Source: an uncultured Gemmatimonadales bacterium (GTDB taxonomy: Bacteria; Gemmatimonadota; Gemmatimonadetes; Gemmatimonadales; Gemmatimonadaceae). From it: 64,000 bases of DNA. The translations under genes and the position numbers were made by a program. The stretch lies in the NCBI GenBank assembly GCA_963793305.1, contig CAWBZV010000003.1, positions 640,001-704,000 on the forward strand. The letters are read 5' to 3'. Of the stretch, positions 9,435 to 18,882 are shown one piece after another (the first letter of the stretch is position 1; each line of letters opens with the position of its first letter). The notes below the pieces were generated by a model. The model was not told the origin of the DNA and ran no database searches. It was given only the letters and a program-made list of their open reading frames with translations.

Positions 9435-11141
9435 CTATTTGTTGGAGCGTAACTCCTCGGCGGCCGCTAGCGCATAACCGATATTGTCTGACAACGCGCG
9501 CCCTTGCTCGGTTGCACTAGTGACGGTGTCCACGCCTAACGACCGCAAGCGGAGCAAGTCGAGGGCCAGGTTCTGCAAAACGAGCGAGGCCCGCTCGAGC
9601 TGGGCGGTCAGTTCTACCCGGCGCGCCGAGAGCTGCGGGCGGAGCGACTCGGGCGTCTCGACATCGATGCGGTGCAGCGCCGTGGCGTAGTCCGCGATCT
9701 GGTCGACCAACTCGTTGGCCGCCGGAGTCGGGTCCTGCGTTACGGGCGCTCCCGACTTTTTCGCGGCTGCCTTGAGCTTGGCATAGTGGTCGATCACCGC
9801 GGCATGGTCACCGGTCGCCCTGCGGACGACGGCGCCATACGGGCCGTTCAATACGTCGGGTGCAACGAGCCGGGACGCCGAGCGTTCGCCCGAGGCGAGC
9901 GCTCCGCGACCAACCGTCACCGGGTTCCCCATGAGCGCCGCCCAGGGGTTCACCCCGTCGGCCCACAGTTTTCCGGCGCTCCGCACGATCGGGAAGCCCG
10001 GCCAGATCGTGACCCAGAAGAACCAGATGTCGTGCAGGCCCGACATGGCGTTGATCCCGAACCAGAGCGCGTTCCAACCGAGGAACGATACGGTCGCGCG
10101 CCGGAAGTTCCTGATCCTGAGCGCCAGCCCCTCAGCGTCCGTCCGGTCTGACAGCTTCTCGGCCTTGGCCCTGCCAGTGCTCACGAGTGCGGGAGACGGA
10201 GCAGGCGAATACGCCGGTGCATATGCCGGCGCCGGTGCATATGCGGGCGTGGGTGGCGGTGTGGGTGCCGGAGTGAACTTCGGCATGCTGTCCGGGAAAT
10301 CCAACGCCTTGACCACTGATGCGGCGTCCTGAAAGCGATCGGCGGGATTTTTTTGCAGGAGCCGATTGATAATCGCGACGAGATCGTCGGGCACGTCGGC
10401 CCGCACTTCTTTAATTGGCCGCGGCATCTCGGTGAGATGCTTGACGAGCAACGCGGCGGTGTTCGACCCCGCGAAGGGCGGTGTCCCGACGAGCGCCGCG
10501 TAGATGACGACACCGAGCGAGTAGAGATCGCTGCGCCCGTCGACCGCGCGCTCGCCCGTGCACTGCTCGGGAGACATGTACGCCGGTGTGCCGATGGCGA
10601 CGCCGGTGGCCGTGAGCCGTGTACCGGTGGTGTCGTCCGCGGCGCGCGCGATGCCGAAGTCGGTGACCATGGCGCGACCATCGTCGCGCTGCAACATGAT
10701 GTTGTCCGGCTTGATGTCGCGATGGATGACGCCGCGCGCATGGGCGTAGGCGAGGGCATCGGCGACCTGCCGGAGCAACAGTCGGGCTTCGACGATGCCT
10801 ACGCGTCCGTGTGTCGTGAGCCGCTGGGCCAGCGTCTCGCCGTCGACGAACTGCATGATGAAGTAGACGAAGCCGTCTTTCTCGTCGACCGAGTAGATCG
10901 GCACAATGTTCGGGTGCGACAACTGTGCGGCCATTTCGGCTTCGCGCAGAAATCGTGACCGAATCTCGTCCCGGTAGGCGAGCTCCGGCGGGAGGAGCTT
11001 GACGGCGACCGAGCGCTTGAGCCGTGTGTCCTTTGCGCGGTACACGATGCCCATGCCACCACGCCCGATCTCTGCCTCCAAGGCATATCCGGGCGCGAGC
11101 ACTTGCGCGAAACGCGCTTGTAGGGCGGGATCTTGAGCCAT
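9435..11141 (-). CDS. Hanks-type Ser/Thr protein kinase with 2TM and helical C-terminal domain
   Basis: IGRGGMGIVY, VAVK, HRDIKPDN, DFGIA, GTPAYMSPEQ; Pro/Ala/Tyr linker; two Trp-rich TM segments. Confidence 0.95.
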   Translation of the reverse strand: MAQDPALQARFAQVLAPGYALEAEIGRGGMGIVYRAKDTRLKRSVAVKLLPPELAYRDEIRSRFLREAEMAAQLSHPNIVPIYSVDEKDGFVYFIMQFVDGETLAQRLTTHGRVGIVEARLLLRQVADALAYAHARGVIHRDIKPDNIMLQRDDGRAMVTDFGIARAADDTTGTRLTATGVAIGTPAYMSPEQCTGERAVDGRSDLYSLGVVIYAALVGTPPFAGSNTAALLVKHLTEMPRPIKEVRADVPDDLVAIINRLLQKNPADRFQDAASVVKALDFPDSMPKFTPAPTPPPTPAYAPAPAYAPAYSPAPSPALVSTGRAKAEKLSDRTDAEGLALRIRNFRRATVSFLGWNALWFGINAMSGLHDIWFFWVTIWPGFPIVRSAGKLWADGVNPWAALMGNPVTVGRGALASGERSASRLVAPDVLNGPYGAVVRRATGDHAAVIDHYAKLKAAAKKSGAPVTQDPTPAANELVDQIADYATALHRIDVETPESLRPQLSARRVELTAQLERASLVLQNLALDLLRLRSLGVDTVTSATEQGRALSDNIGYALAAAEELRSNK

Positions 11142-11196
11142 AGCGTGACCAGTGCCAGAGGACCGGCGTCTCGTTCTCGGAACATAACGGTCTCCG

Positions 11197-12288
11197 GTGC
11201 CGGTGTCTCTCTCAGTGAAGCAAGTGGTAATGGGTGTCGCAGGAGGCGGGCTCGTTCTCGGGCTCGCCGGATTCGCGGTGTATCACCAGGCCTCCATCAA
11301 TTCGTCCGAACGGGCTCTCCGTGAGATCGAAAGGTCCTTTCGGGATCATGATGGGACACGGCTCGCGTATTACCTCAATACGGATGCAGTGACCCAACAA
11401 GTTTCCGACGAGGGCGTCGACTGGCTTTCGTCGCAGCACGACCAGGGCACGCTGAGGGCCCTGATCGCCGAAGTGCCTGGGGCAGAACAAGGTGCGACGG
11501 ACAGCGCGGCTCGCATCCTGGCGCTCAAGTCCGCGTTGGCCGAAAAGGGAGGCAAGGGCATTGCGATGGCGCTGTCCTCGGGGACGGCCGACAGCGCTGA
11601 TGTCGCGGTACGCCTCTTGGCGGCGTTCGCGGGGCTCCCACCGCTCGATGTCATTCTGGCCGGTGACCACCTCGAGTTGTCGGAGATCGGCGCGGCCAAG
11701 GGCACCGGGACGGACCGCGTCATACCCGTTGTGCTGCACGATCGCGAGCTCAATATCCAGGTCGTCGTTGGCGTCGGCGTGCACCATCAAGGGGCGCGTT
11801 GGCAAGTGAGCGGCATCGATGGGCTGGATCATACGCTCGAGACGCTGGACAACGCGCAGCAAGAGCGCTTGATCGTCGCCAATCGGCCGATCGAGAGCCA
11901 GTTGCAGGACCTCGTCGGGATCGGCGCGCCGAACATCTCGAAAACAGCGCACGGACGGTACCGGACCTCCGTGCGACTCCAGCTTCGCATCGACAACAAA
12001 GGGTCGGATATCGTGCGCGGGATCGATCTCGCGCTCTCGACGCGCTCATCCGACGACGAGCACGCCGAGATGCTCCATGTCGACGGGCCGATTCCCGCGG
12101 GTGGGGCCGTAATGGCCGAGTGGTCGTTCGATGAGACGCGGCGCGGGACGAGCCGCACGGCGTCGTTGCTCTCGCACCCGGATGACCTGACGCTCCGCGC
12201 CCGCCGAGTCGTGGTCGACTCCGCGGGCGTGGCCGATACGGTGCAGCTCTTCAAGAGCTATCGCGCGCTACGCCGGCGGAATCGTTAG
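11197..12288 (+). CDS. Hypothetical membrane-anchored protein (DUF2939-like N-terminus)
   Basis: N-terminal TM, then S.ERAL.EI..S...HD...LA.Y. Start may be ATG 11230. Confidence 0.55.
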   Translation: MPVSLSVKQVVMGVAGGGLVLGLAGFAVYHQASINSSERALREIERSFRDHDGTRLAYYLNTDAVTQQVSDEGVDWLSSQHDQGTLRALIAEVPGAEQGATDSAARILALKSALAEKGGKGIAMALSSGTADSADVAVRLLAAFAGLPPLDVILAGDHLELSEIGAAKGTGTDRVIPVVLHDRELNIQVVVGVGVHHQGARWQVSGIDGLDHTLETLDNAQQERLIVANRPIESQLQDLVGIGAPNISKTAHGRYRTSVRLQLRIDNKGSDIVRGIDLALSTRSSDDEHAEMLHVDGPIPAGGAVMAEWSFDETRRGTSRTASLLSHPDDLTLRARRVVVDSAGVADTVQLFKSYRALRRRNR

Positions 12289-12606
12289 CTCGACCTCGTC
12301 GCCGGGGCTGACTTGGATGATCTGTGAGCGCGGCGCGTAGTTCCCGCCGATCGGGATCATCAAGAAGCTCATCGTGATTGGCGTGCGCACCAGGTAGTCC
12401 GGAATGGTCATGTGCGCGGTGCTGTTGCCAGTCGCGCTTCCAAGCCGGATCCGCGCGCCATCTTGCGGAAGCGCGTAGATATCCATATCCAGGAAACCCT
12501 GGTTGATGACGGTGAGGTGCGTTTTCGGTATGGGTTCTTCCTGATCGGCTGGCTTGCCGCTCGAGCCCGAATGGCAGGCGAGGGCGAGCGAGAGCATCAG
12601 CAGCAT
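12268..12606 (-). CDS. Hypothetical lipoprotein
   Basis: MLLMLSLALAC lipobox followed by a beta-rich small domain (L.V.NQGF.DMDIY...RIRLG). Confidence 0.7.
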   Translation of the reverse strand: MLLMLSLALACHSGSSGKPADQEEPIPKTHLTVINQGFLDMDIYALPQDGARIRLGSATGNSTAHMTIPDYLVRTPITMSFLMIPIGGNYAPRSQIIQVSPGDEVELTIPPA

Positions 12607-13234
12607 GGGGGCTACGCGAATGCGAACTGACACGGGGATCCTCGGGTGGCGGGCGATAGGGTTGGGTGCCGCCTTCCTCCTCGTGATAATACTCGCTCAA
12701 CGGGCTTTGGTGCCTGGCCCGCCTCCTTCGCGGGCTCAACCGCGCATCTCCGACCAGGTGGTCATCGAGCGCGTGCAGGCCGTCGCGAAGCTCGTGTCGA
12801 GCGAGACGTTCATACGCGACATCGTGACGTATCAGAACACGTGGATGGGATCCACCAAGAAATCGCTCGTGGTCGCCACGGGCAAAGTCCTGGCGGGTGT
12901 CGTCATCGATTCGACCATGAAAGTTCAGGTCAACGAGCAGACGAAGACGATCTCATTGGAGATCCCTCACGCTCGCGTGATGGACGTTGTCGTGATGCAT
13001 CTCCAGACGTACGACGAGCGCAGCGGCCTGTGGAACCCATTCAGGCCCAGTGACCGTGACACGATCTTCCAGCACGTTCGCGCTCAGCTGGAGCACACCG
13101 CGGACGACATGGGAGTCGTCGGACACGCGGATTCCAGTGCGCTTGCACTGTTTCAGACTCTGCTGGCTGTTCCAGGCTACTCGGTAAACGTGCGCTTCCA
13201 GTTGCCGGCGCCAGTAGCTCAGCCCGCCGAGTAA
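12605..13234 (+). CDS. DUF4230 domain protein
   Basis: N-terminal TM; VIERVQAVAKLVSSE; VATGKVLAGV; YDERSGLWN. Start is ATG 12605 or 12620. Confidence 0.75.
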   Translation: MGATRMRTDTGILGWRAIGLGAAFLLVIILAQRALVPGPPPSRAQPRISDQVVIERVQAVAKLVSSETFIRDIVTYQNTWMGSTKKSLVVATGKVLAGVVIDSTMKVQVNEQTKTISLEIPHARVMDVVVMHLQTYDERSGLWNPFRPSDRDTIFQHVRAQLEHTADDMGVVGHADSSALALFQTLLAVPGYSVNVRFQLPAPVAQPAE

Positions 13235-13247
13235 TCGTCTGTAGTCG

Positions 13248-15497
13248 ATGGATCGGGTCGACCGCATCGTGCGGCTCGCCGCGCGCTCGCTTCGCGCGCC
13301 GCGCGCCGCGTTCTCGCACACGCGCGAAGCCACGCGCGATGGTGTCGCCCGGTTGTGCGCCACGGTGCGCGGCAGCGACGGCGAGGTTCTCGGGACGCTC
13401 TCGGTCGTCGACGACCACCCGCGATCGTGGACCGACGACGAGGTCGCGATCCTCAATGATCTCGCGAAAAGCCTGGCCACCGAAGTCGAAGCAGATCGCG
13501 CCCAGGCGCTGCTCGACGACTATCTCGACCAGACGGCGGTGCTGGTGTCGTTGGCGGCGCCCGACGGCCGCCTCATGTTCGTCAATCGCGCCTGGCGTAC
13601 CGCGCTGGGCTACGATCAAACCTCGATCTGCGCCAGCGACATCGTCGCGCCCGATCACCGGGGCATTTATCTCGAAGCCGTCCAGCGTGTCCTGGCGGGG
13701 CACGAGGTCCCGCCATTCGAGACGGTCTTCGAGACGAGACGAGGCGAGCGACTCGTGATGCGGGCCGTCCTCCGCGCGCGGTTCGAGGGCGGCATGCCGG
13801 TATCGGTCCGCGGCACGTTCGACAATGTCACCGCGAAGCTCGAGACCGATGAGGCGCAGACCCGACTCGTCGAGGTCCTGGAAGCCACGAGCGACTTCGT
13901 CGGGATCGCCGACATGTCCGGCCGGGCCGTCTATATCAACCGCGCCGGTCGCGCGCTGATTGGTCTTGGCTTCGACGAAGATCTCTCGTCCGTCACTATG
14001 AAGACCATCTACACGCGCGAAGGCCGCCACCAGCTGATGCGGACGGCGGTCCCCGCGGCGTTGCGTGAACGCACCTGGCAGGGCGAATCCACGATCCGTA
14101 CGCGCACCGGCCGCGTGGTCCACGTGTCCCAGGTCATCGTGGCCCACGTGTCCGCGAGCGGTGGCTGGTACTTCACGACGATCATGCGCGACATCACCGC
14201 GCAGAAGCTCCTGCAGTCCATCACCAATGGGATGAGCGAGGCCGAGGACCTCGATGCCGCCTACGCGGTCGCGCACGATCGCTTGGCCCAGGCGACGGGC
14301 TGGCCCATCGTCCTCGGGCCCGAGGCCTCGCCCATCGTACCGGCGACAGTCGACGGAGATCCCGAGTACGAGTCCAAGCTGCAACTCGTCTCATTCGTAG
14401 CCGGGCAGCTCGGCGGGCTCGTGCGGCGGAAGCAGGCCGAGGATGCGCTCAAGGCCAGCGAGGAACGGTTCAAGCGGTTGGCGATGGCGTCCAACGACGG
14501 CGTGGTCATCACCCGCAACGGCCGCTTCGTCGAGGTCAACGCCGCGTTCTTGCGCATGTCGGGGTTTCCCGATGCCGAAGTGCCCGAATCGCTGATCAGC
14601 GACCACATCGTGCCGGAGGACCGCGAGGATGTCCTGCGGCGCATGCGCGACAACGTCGAGGGCATCTACTACGCGACCTTTATCCGCCCGGATGGGACGA
14701 CATTCGAGGCGGAGGTGAGTGCCAAGCCGTGCATCTGGAATGGCAGCCCCGCGCGTATCGCCGTGGTCCGCGACGTCACCGAGTGGCGGCGGCTCAATCG
14801 CATGAAGAACGAATTCGTCTCCACCGTCTCGCACGAGCTGAGGACACCGCTCACGTCTATCCGTGGCGCCCTTGGTCTGCTGGAGGGTGGGGTCGGCGGG
14901 GCCATGGCGCCGAAAGCGCTCGATCTCTTGCGCATGGCGCGCGAGAACTCGGACCGGTTGATCCGGTTGATCAACGAGCTCCTCGATCTCGACAAGATCG
15001 AAGCGGGGAAGCTCGAGCTCCGCTACGAGGTGTTGACGCCGAGCGCGGTGGTGCGCTCGACGCTCGACGGAATCGCGGCGATGGCGGACGAGCACCGGAT
15101 CAAGCTCGTCGAGCACGTCGACGCGCACCGATCGTTCAGCGCCGACCGCGATCGCATTGTCCAGGTGCTCACCAACCTCGTGTCCAACGCGATCAAGTTC
15201 TCGCCGACCGGATCGGCGGTCGAGGTCGAGGCGACCGCGATCGGCAGCATGGTTCTGTTCGCGGTGCACAACGCCGGGCCGGGGATCGCGGTGGCCGATC
15301 GGGCCCGGTTATTCGCGCGGTTTCAGCAGCTCGACGCTGGCGACAATCGGCGCCGCGGCGGCACCGGGCTCGGGCTCGCCATCTCGAAGGCGATCGTCGA
15401 GCAGCACGGCGGGCGGATCGGCGTGCGATCAGAGCCCGACGTGCGCACAACGTTCTGGTTCGAGATCCCTACCAGCCGCGGGAATAAAGCGGGATGA
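13248..15497 (+). CDS. Cytoplasmic PAS x3 sensor histidine kinase with reduced GAF remnants
   Basis: EFVSTVSHELRTPLTSI (H box), NLVSNAIKFS (N box), GGTGLGLAI (G2); three PAS/PAC repeats. Confidence 0.93.
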   Translation: MDRVDRIVRLAARSLRAPRAAFSHTREATRDGVARLCATVRGSDGEVLGTLSVVDDHPRSWTDDEVAILNDLAKSLATEVEADRAQALLDDYLDQTAVLVSLAAPDGRLMFVNRAWRTALGYDQTSICASDIVAPDHRGIYLEAVQRVLAGHEVPPFETVFETRRGERLVMRAVLRARFEGGMPVSVRGTFDNVTAKLETDEAQTRLVEVLEATSDFVGIADMSGRAVYINRAGRALIGLGFDEDLSSVTMKTIYTREGRHQLMRTAVPAALRERTWQGESTIRTRTGRVVHVSQVIVAHVSASGGWYFTTIMRDITAQKLLQSITNGMSEAEDLDAAYAVAHDRLAQATGWPIVLGPEASPIVPATVDGDPEYESKLQLVSFVAGQLGGLVRRKQAEDALKASEERFKRLAMASNDGVVITRNGRFVEVNAAFLRMSGFPDAEVPESLISDHIVPEDREDVLRRMRDNVEGIYYATFIRPDGTTFEAEVSAKPCIWNGSPARIAVVRDVTEWRRLNRMKNEFVSTVSHELRTPLTSIRGALGLLEGGVGGAMAPKALDLLRMARENSDRLIRLINELLDLDKIEAGKLELRYEVLTPSAVVRSTLDGIAAMADEHRIKLVEHVDAHRSFSADRDRIVQVLTNLVSNAIKFSPTGSAVEVEATAIGSMVLFAVHNAGPGIAVADRARLFARFQQLDAGDNRRRGGTGLGLAISKAIVEQHGGRIGVRSEPDVRTTFWFEIPTSRGNKAG

Positions 15498-15515
15498 CGT
15501 GCGGCTGCGCGAGCT

Positions 15516-16400
15516 CTATGAGCCGTGGGACGCCGGTGTGATCGAGACCTGCACGCGTTGGCTCAGCTTGAACGGCGTCGGCTCGTTCAGCGCGATCTTC
15601 ACCATCAGCACACGCGTGTCGGTCGGCTTCCCCGGGTCTTCCGGCTTGAGGCGCCGCGCGACCACGCCATCCGGGATCTCTTCAACCGTCCCGCGCCAGG
15701 TCTTCGAGCCGTAGCCTTCCGCGCTCACGGTGACCGGGGCGCCGAGCGCGATCTTGCCCGCGTCGTACTCGTCGACTTCGGCCTCGATCCGCGTCCGCTG
15801 CAGGTCTGCCACCGTCACGAGCCGCGTGTTGGCCTCGACGATCTCGCCGGGTTGCACGAGGCGCGCGGTCACCACGCCAGAGATCGGCGCCAGGATCCGC
15901 GTTTTCGCCAGATGCGCCTCGAGTTGCGACGCGGTCGCGACCGCGGCATCGCGCCGCGCGATCGCGGCATCGCTGTCGCGCCGGGCATGGTCGAGCTCTT
16001 GCCGCGAGATCGCGTGCGACTCGGCCAGGTTCTCCATGCGCTCGACATCGGCCGCCGTTGCCGTCACCTCGGCGTTCGCTTCGACGATCCGTGCGCGGGC
16101 CTCGGCCAGCGACGCTCTCGTCTCGGCGTCATCCAGCGCGACCAGCAGCTGGCCCTTTCTCACGATGGTCTTCTCATCGACCGGCAGGGACAGAATGCGA
16201 CCCGTGATCTCGCTGCCCACCGTCACTTCGGCGCCCGGGTAGGCGACGAACTGTCCTTCGGCTCGTATGGCAGGCGTACTCACTGACATGGGCGCCGGGT
16301 TGCTGCGCGGAGAGGCATTGGCGTGCTGCGCTGCGCGAGTGACGAAGAGCGCGAGCGAAGCGAGCGCCAAGATGGGCACTGCGATTCGTGTGACAGTCAT
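15516..16400 (-). CDS. HlyD/MFP adaptor subunit of ABC exporter
   Basis: VGSEITGRI..L.VDE...V.KGQLL; ILAPISGVV; RIEAEVDEYD. Confidence 0.9.
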   Translation of the reverse strand: MTVTRIAVPILALASLALFVTRAAQHANASPRSNPAPMSVSTPAIRAEGQFVAYPGAEVTVGSEITGRILSLPVDEKTIVRKGQLLVALDDAETRASLAEARARIVEANAEVTATAADVERMENLAESHAISRQELDHARRDSDAAIARRDAAVATASQLEAHLAKTRILAPISGVVTARLVQPGEIVEANTRLVTVADLQRTRIEAEVDEYDAGKIALGAPVTVSAEGYGSKTWRGTVEEIPDGVVARRLKPEDPGKPTDTRVLMVKIALNEPTPFKLSQRVQVSITPASHGS

Positions 16401-17065
16401 GAGAGGCGTCCGTCTCGAATGCGCACGACGCGATCCGCGAATCGGCGCACGTTGGGGTCGTGAGTAACAATGACCAGCCCTTGTTCGGCCTGCTTGGCCG
16501 TATTGCGAAACAATTCCATGATCTGCAGCCCGACCTGCGAATCGAGATTCGCCGTCGGCTCGTCGGCGAGTAGAATCGGCGGCCGACTCGCCACCGCGCG
16601 CGCGATAGCCACGCGCTGTTTCTGCCCACCCGACAGATCGCGCGGCAGAAAGTCGAGGCGATCGCCGAGCTCCACGATCTCCAGGGCCTCGATCGCCGCG
16701 TTGCGCGCCGCCGTCCCGCGCATCCCTTTGATATTGAGCGCGTACTCGACGTTCTCGCGCGCGGTCAGCGATGGGAACAAGTTGTATTGCTGAAATACGA
16801 ACCCGATCGAGCGCTTTCTCACTTCGGCGAGTCGTCCTGAGGAGAGCTGATCGACCCGCTGACCGTCGACGACCACGCTCCCCAACGTCGGCGTCAGAAT
16901 GCAGCCGAGGATCGACAAGAACGTCGTCTTGCCCGAGCCAGATGGACCTTCGAGCGCAACGATCTCGCCGCGTTCGACACTGAGGGACACGCCATGCAAG
17001 ACCGGGATCTCTTGCCGTCCCTCGGAGAACGACTTCACCACGTCGGTCGCCGCCAGCGTCGTCAT
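16397..17065 (-). CDS. ABC transporter ATP-binding protein (LolD/DevA-like)
   Basis: GPSGSGKT, LSGGQKQRVAIAR, LADEPT, VTHD. Confidence 0.95.
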   Translation of the reverse strand: MTTLAATDVVKSFSEGRQEIPVLHGVSLSVERGEIVALEGPSGSGKTTFLSILGCILTPTLGSVVVDGQRVDQLSSGRLAEVRKRSIGFVFQQYNLFPSLTARENVEYALNIKGMRGTAARNAAIEALEIVELGDRLDFLPRDLSGGQKQRVAIARAVASRPPILLADEPTANLDSQVGLQIMELFRNTAKQAEQGLVIVTHDPNVRRFADRVVRIRDGRLS

Positions 17066-18189
17066 GTGCGGAATACCAACGCGGGATCGATCGACGCGAC
17101 TTTTCTGAAGGCCACTAACGCAGCAGTCAAGCAGAGCACGACGGTGCCGACGAATACCCAACCGAGCATGATGTTCGGGATGATCAGCTTGAGCCCGATG
17201 TTGGCCATGACCGGGCGCAGTGGCAGCGACTGCAAGAGTCCGAGGACGAAGCCGACGACAGCGGCGATCGCGGCTTGCTTGCCGAGGATCATGTAGATGT
17301 CGCCATTGTTGCCACCAATCGCCTTGACGGTGCCGAACTCGCGAATGTGCTCCATCGCCGACGTATAGAGCGTCTGCGCGACGACGACGACGCCGACCAG
17401 GCATCCGAGAAAGACGGTGATGTACATGTTGAGCCCGATGCCGGTCGACGCGACCCAATAGTGCCGCGACCGCTCGGCCCACTCGGCCTTCGTGAACACG
17501 TCGTTGTACGGCAACCGCCGGGCGATCTCGGCGCGGACCCCAGCCGTGTCTGCATTGGGGGCCAGCTTGACGAGTATATACGTCGTGGACCCGCGCAAAA
17601 GATCAGGCGAGATCTGCTGCAGCAGTCGATAGTCGATGAACGCGATCGGCGTGGTGGTGAACGACAGGGCTTCTTTGGAGCGCCCGATGATCTGCAGTCG
17701 CCGCCCGAGAACCTCGCGATAGTCGCCGACCTGATACGGCCCCCAGCGCTTCACGGCCGACTGGTCGACGATCATGTAATCACCGCGCCGCAGATCATCC
17801 ATGCTGCCATCGGTGAGATGCCACGGGATGTTCCACGCCGAGAAGTCCTCCAGCCCGTACGCCTCGACGCCTTCCTGCGCCCCGGTTGGCAGGTTCACCT
17901 GCATGAACCAGATGATGAGATTATCGGCGCGCGCGACGCCGGGGATGGATCGCACCCGATCGACCCGTGTCTCGGTGAACGTGTGCGAGAAGTCGACATT
18001 CGGCGTGTTGCGCGACGTCACCCAGAGGTCGGCAGCCGCGTGGTCGATGGTGACGGACGCATTGTCGAGCAGACCGAGAAAGAGCCCGACTTGCACGAAG
18101 ACCAGGGTGACGGCGAACGCGACACCGGCGACCGTGATGAAGAATCGGAGCCGGTCGTGGACCAGGCTCTTGAGCGCGAGATCAACCAC
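17062..18189 (-). CDS. ABC transporter permease (FtsX/DevC-like)
   Basis: ITVAGVAFAVTLVFVQVG, ADLWV, EHIREFGTVKAIG, KVASIDPALVFR; start GTG 18189. Confidence 0.9.
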   Translation of the reverse strand: MVDLALKSLVHDRLRFFITVAGVAFAVTLVFVQVGLFLGLLDNASVTIDHAAADLWVTSRNTPNVDFSHTFTETRVDRVRSIPGVARADNLIIWFMQVNLPTGAQEGVEAYGLEDFSAWNIPWHLTDGSMDDLRRGDYMIVDQSAVKRWGPYQVGDYREVLGRRLQIIGRSKEALSFTTTPIAFIDYRLLQQISPDLLRGSTTYILVKLAPNADTAGVRAEIARRLPYNDVFTKAEWAERSRHYWVASTGIGLNMYITVFLGCLVGVVVVAQTLYTSAMEHIREFGTVKAIGGNNGDIYMILGKQAAIAAVVGFVLGLLQSLPLRPVMANIGLKLIIPNIMLGWVFVGTVVLCLTAALVAFRKVASIDPALVFRT

Positions 18190-18817
18190 TGGTAATTCCT
18201 CGAATACAGAGATCGAGCATGGTCTCGACGCGCAGCTCCATCGGCCGCCATTCGACCCACGAGTCGGAGCCCTTCGCGATCTCCAGTGCGACGATGCCGT
18301 GGACGGCCGCCCAGACGATCTGCGCCGTGAGCTCAATGTCGGCGGCAAACGTCGGCCCCAACTGCCCGGCGGCCGCCGCCTGGCCTACTGTCCAGAGCAG
18401 AAACGCGTAAGCATCCTGGTCCGGCTTGCCCTTGCGTTCGATCGGGGCGAACTCCTCGGACGGATGCGGCGTCATGAACATCAGCCGGTAGTGGTTCGGA
18501 TGCTCGAACGCGAACCGCGCATACGCCCGGCCCATCGCCCCCAGTCGCTCCTTGGGATTCGCGATAGTGGCGATCTTCTGAAATTCCTCGGCGAGCGCGC
18601 CCCAATCCGTGTCGCACAGCTCGCGGATCAGCGCGTCCTTGTCCTTGAAGTGGTAGTAGATCGCCGTCGGCGTGTACTCGATCTTCTCGGCGATCGTCCG
18701 CATGGTCACCGCGTCGTACCCATGCTCGGCGAACAACTCGCGCGCGGCGTCCAGGATCTTGGTCCTGATCGCGATCTTTTCGCGCTCACGCCTATCGTTC
18801 GCCGCAGACGGTATCAT
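18182..18817 (-). CDS. TetR/AcrR family regulator
   Basis: ILDAARELFAEHGYDAVTMRTIAEKIEYTPTAIYYHFKDK; C-terminal WAAVHG (WHG-type). Confidence 0.95.
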   Translation of the reverse strand: MIPSAANDRREREKIAIRTKILDAARELFAEHGYDAVTMRTIAEKIEYTPTAIYYHFKDKDALIRELCDTDWGALAEEFQKIATIANPKERLGAMGRAYARFAFEHPNHYRLMFMTPHPSEEFAPIERKGKPDQDAYAFLLWTVGQAAAAGQLGPTFAADIELTAQIVWAAVHGIVALEIAKGSDSWVEWRPMELRVETMLDLCIRGITSG

Positions 18818-18864
18818 AACAATGTCCTCTTTGTTAACATTGTTAAATAACAGACCGACGTCAA
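18817..18864 (-). promoter_or_regulatory. Putative TetR operator/promoter
   Basis: AT-rich palindrome TTAACA-T-TGTTAA (18834-18846); inverted repeat TAACAATGT/ACATTGTTA; TTGACG on the minus strand at 18859-18864. Confidence 0.6.
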
Positions 18865-18882
18865 GAGGCTTACCATCGTTCG

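Noticed and set aside
10195..10275. Short DNA repeats GCCGGTGCATATGC
   Set aside because: Explained by the PAYA/PTP linker of the kinase.
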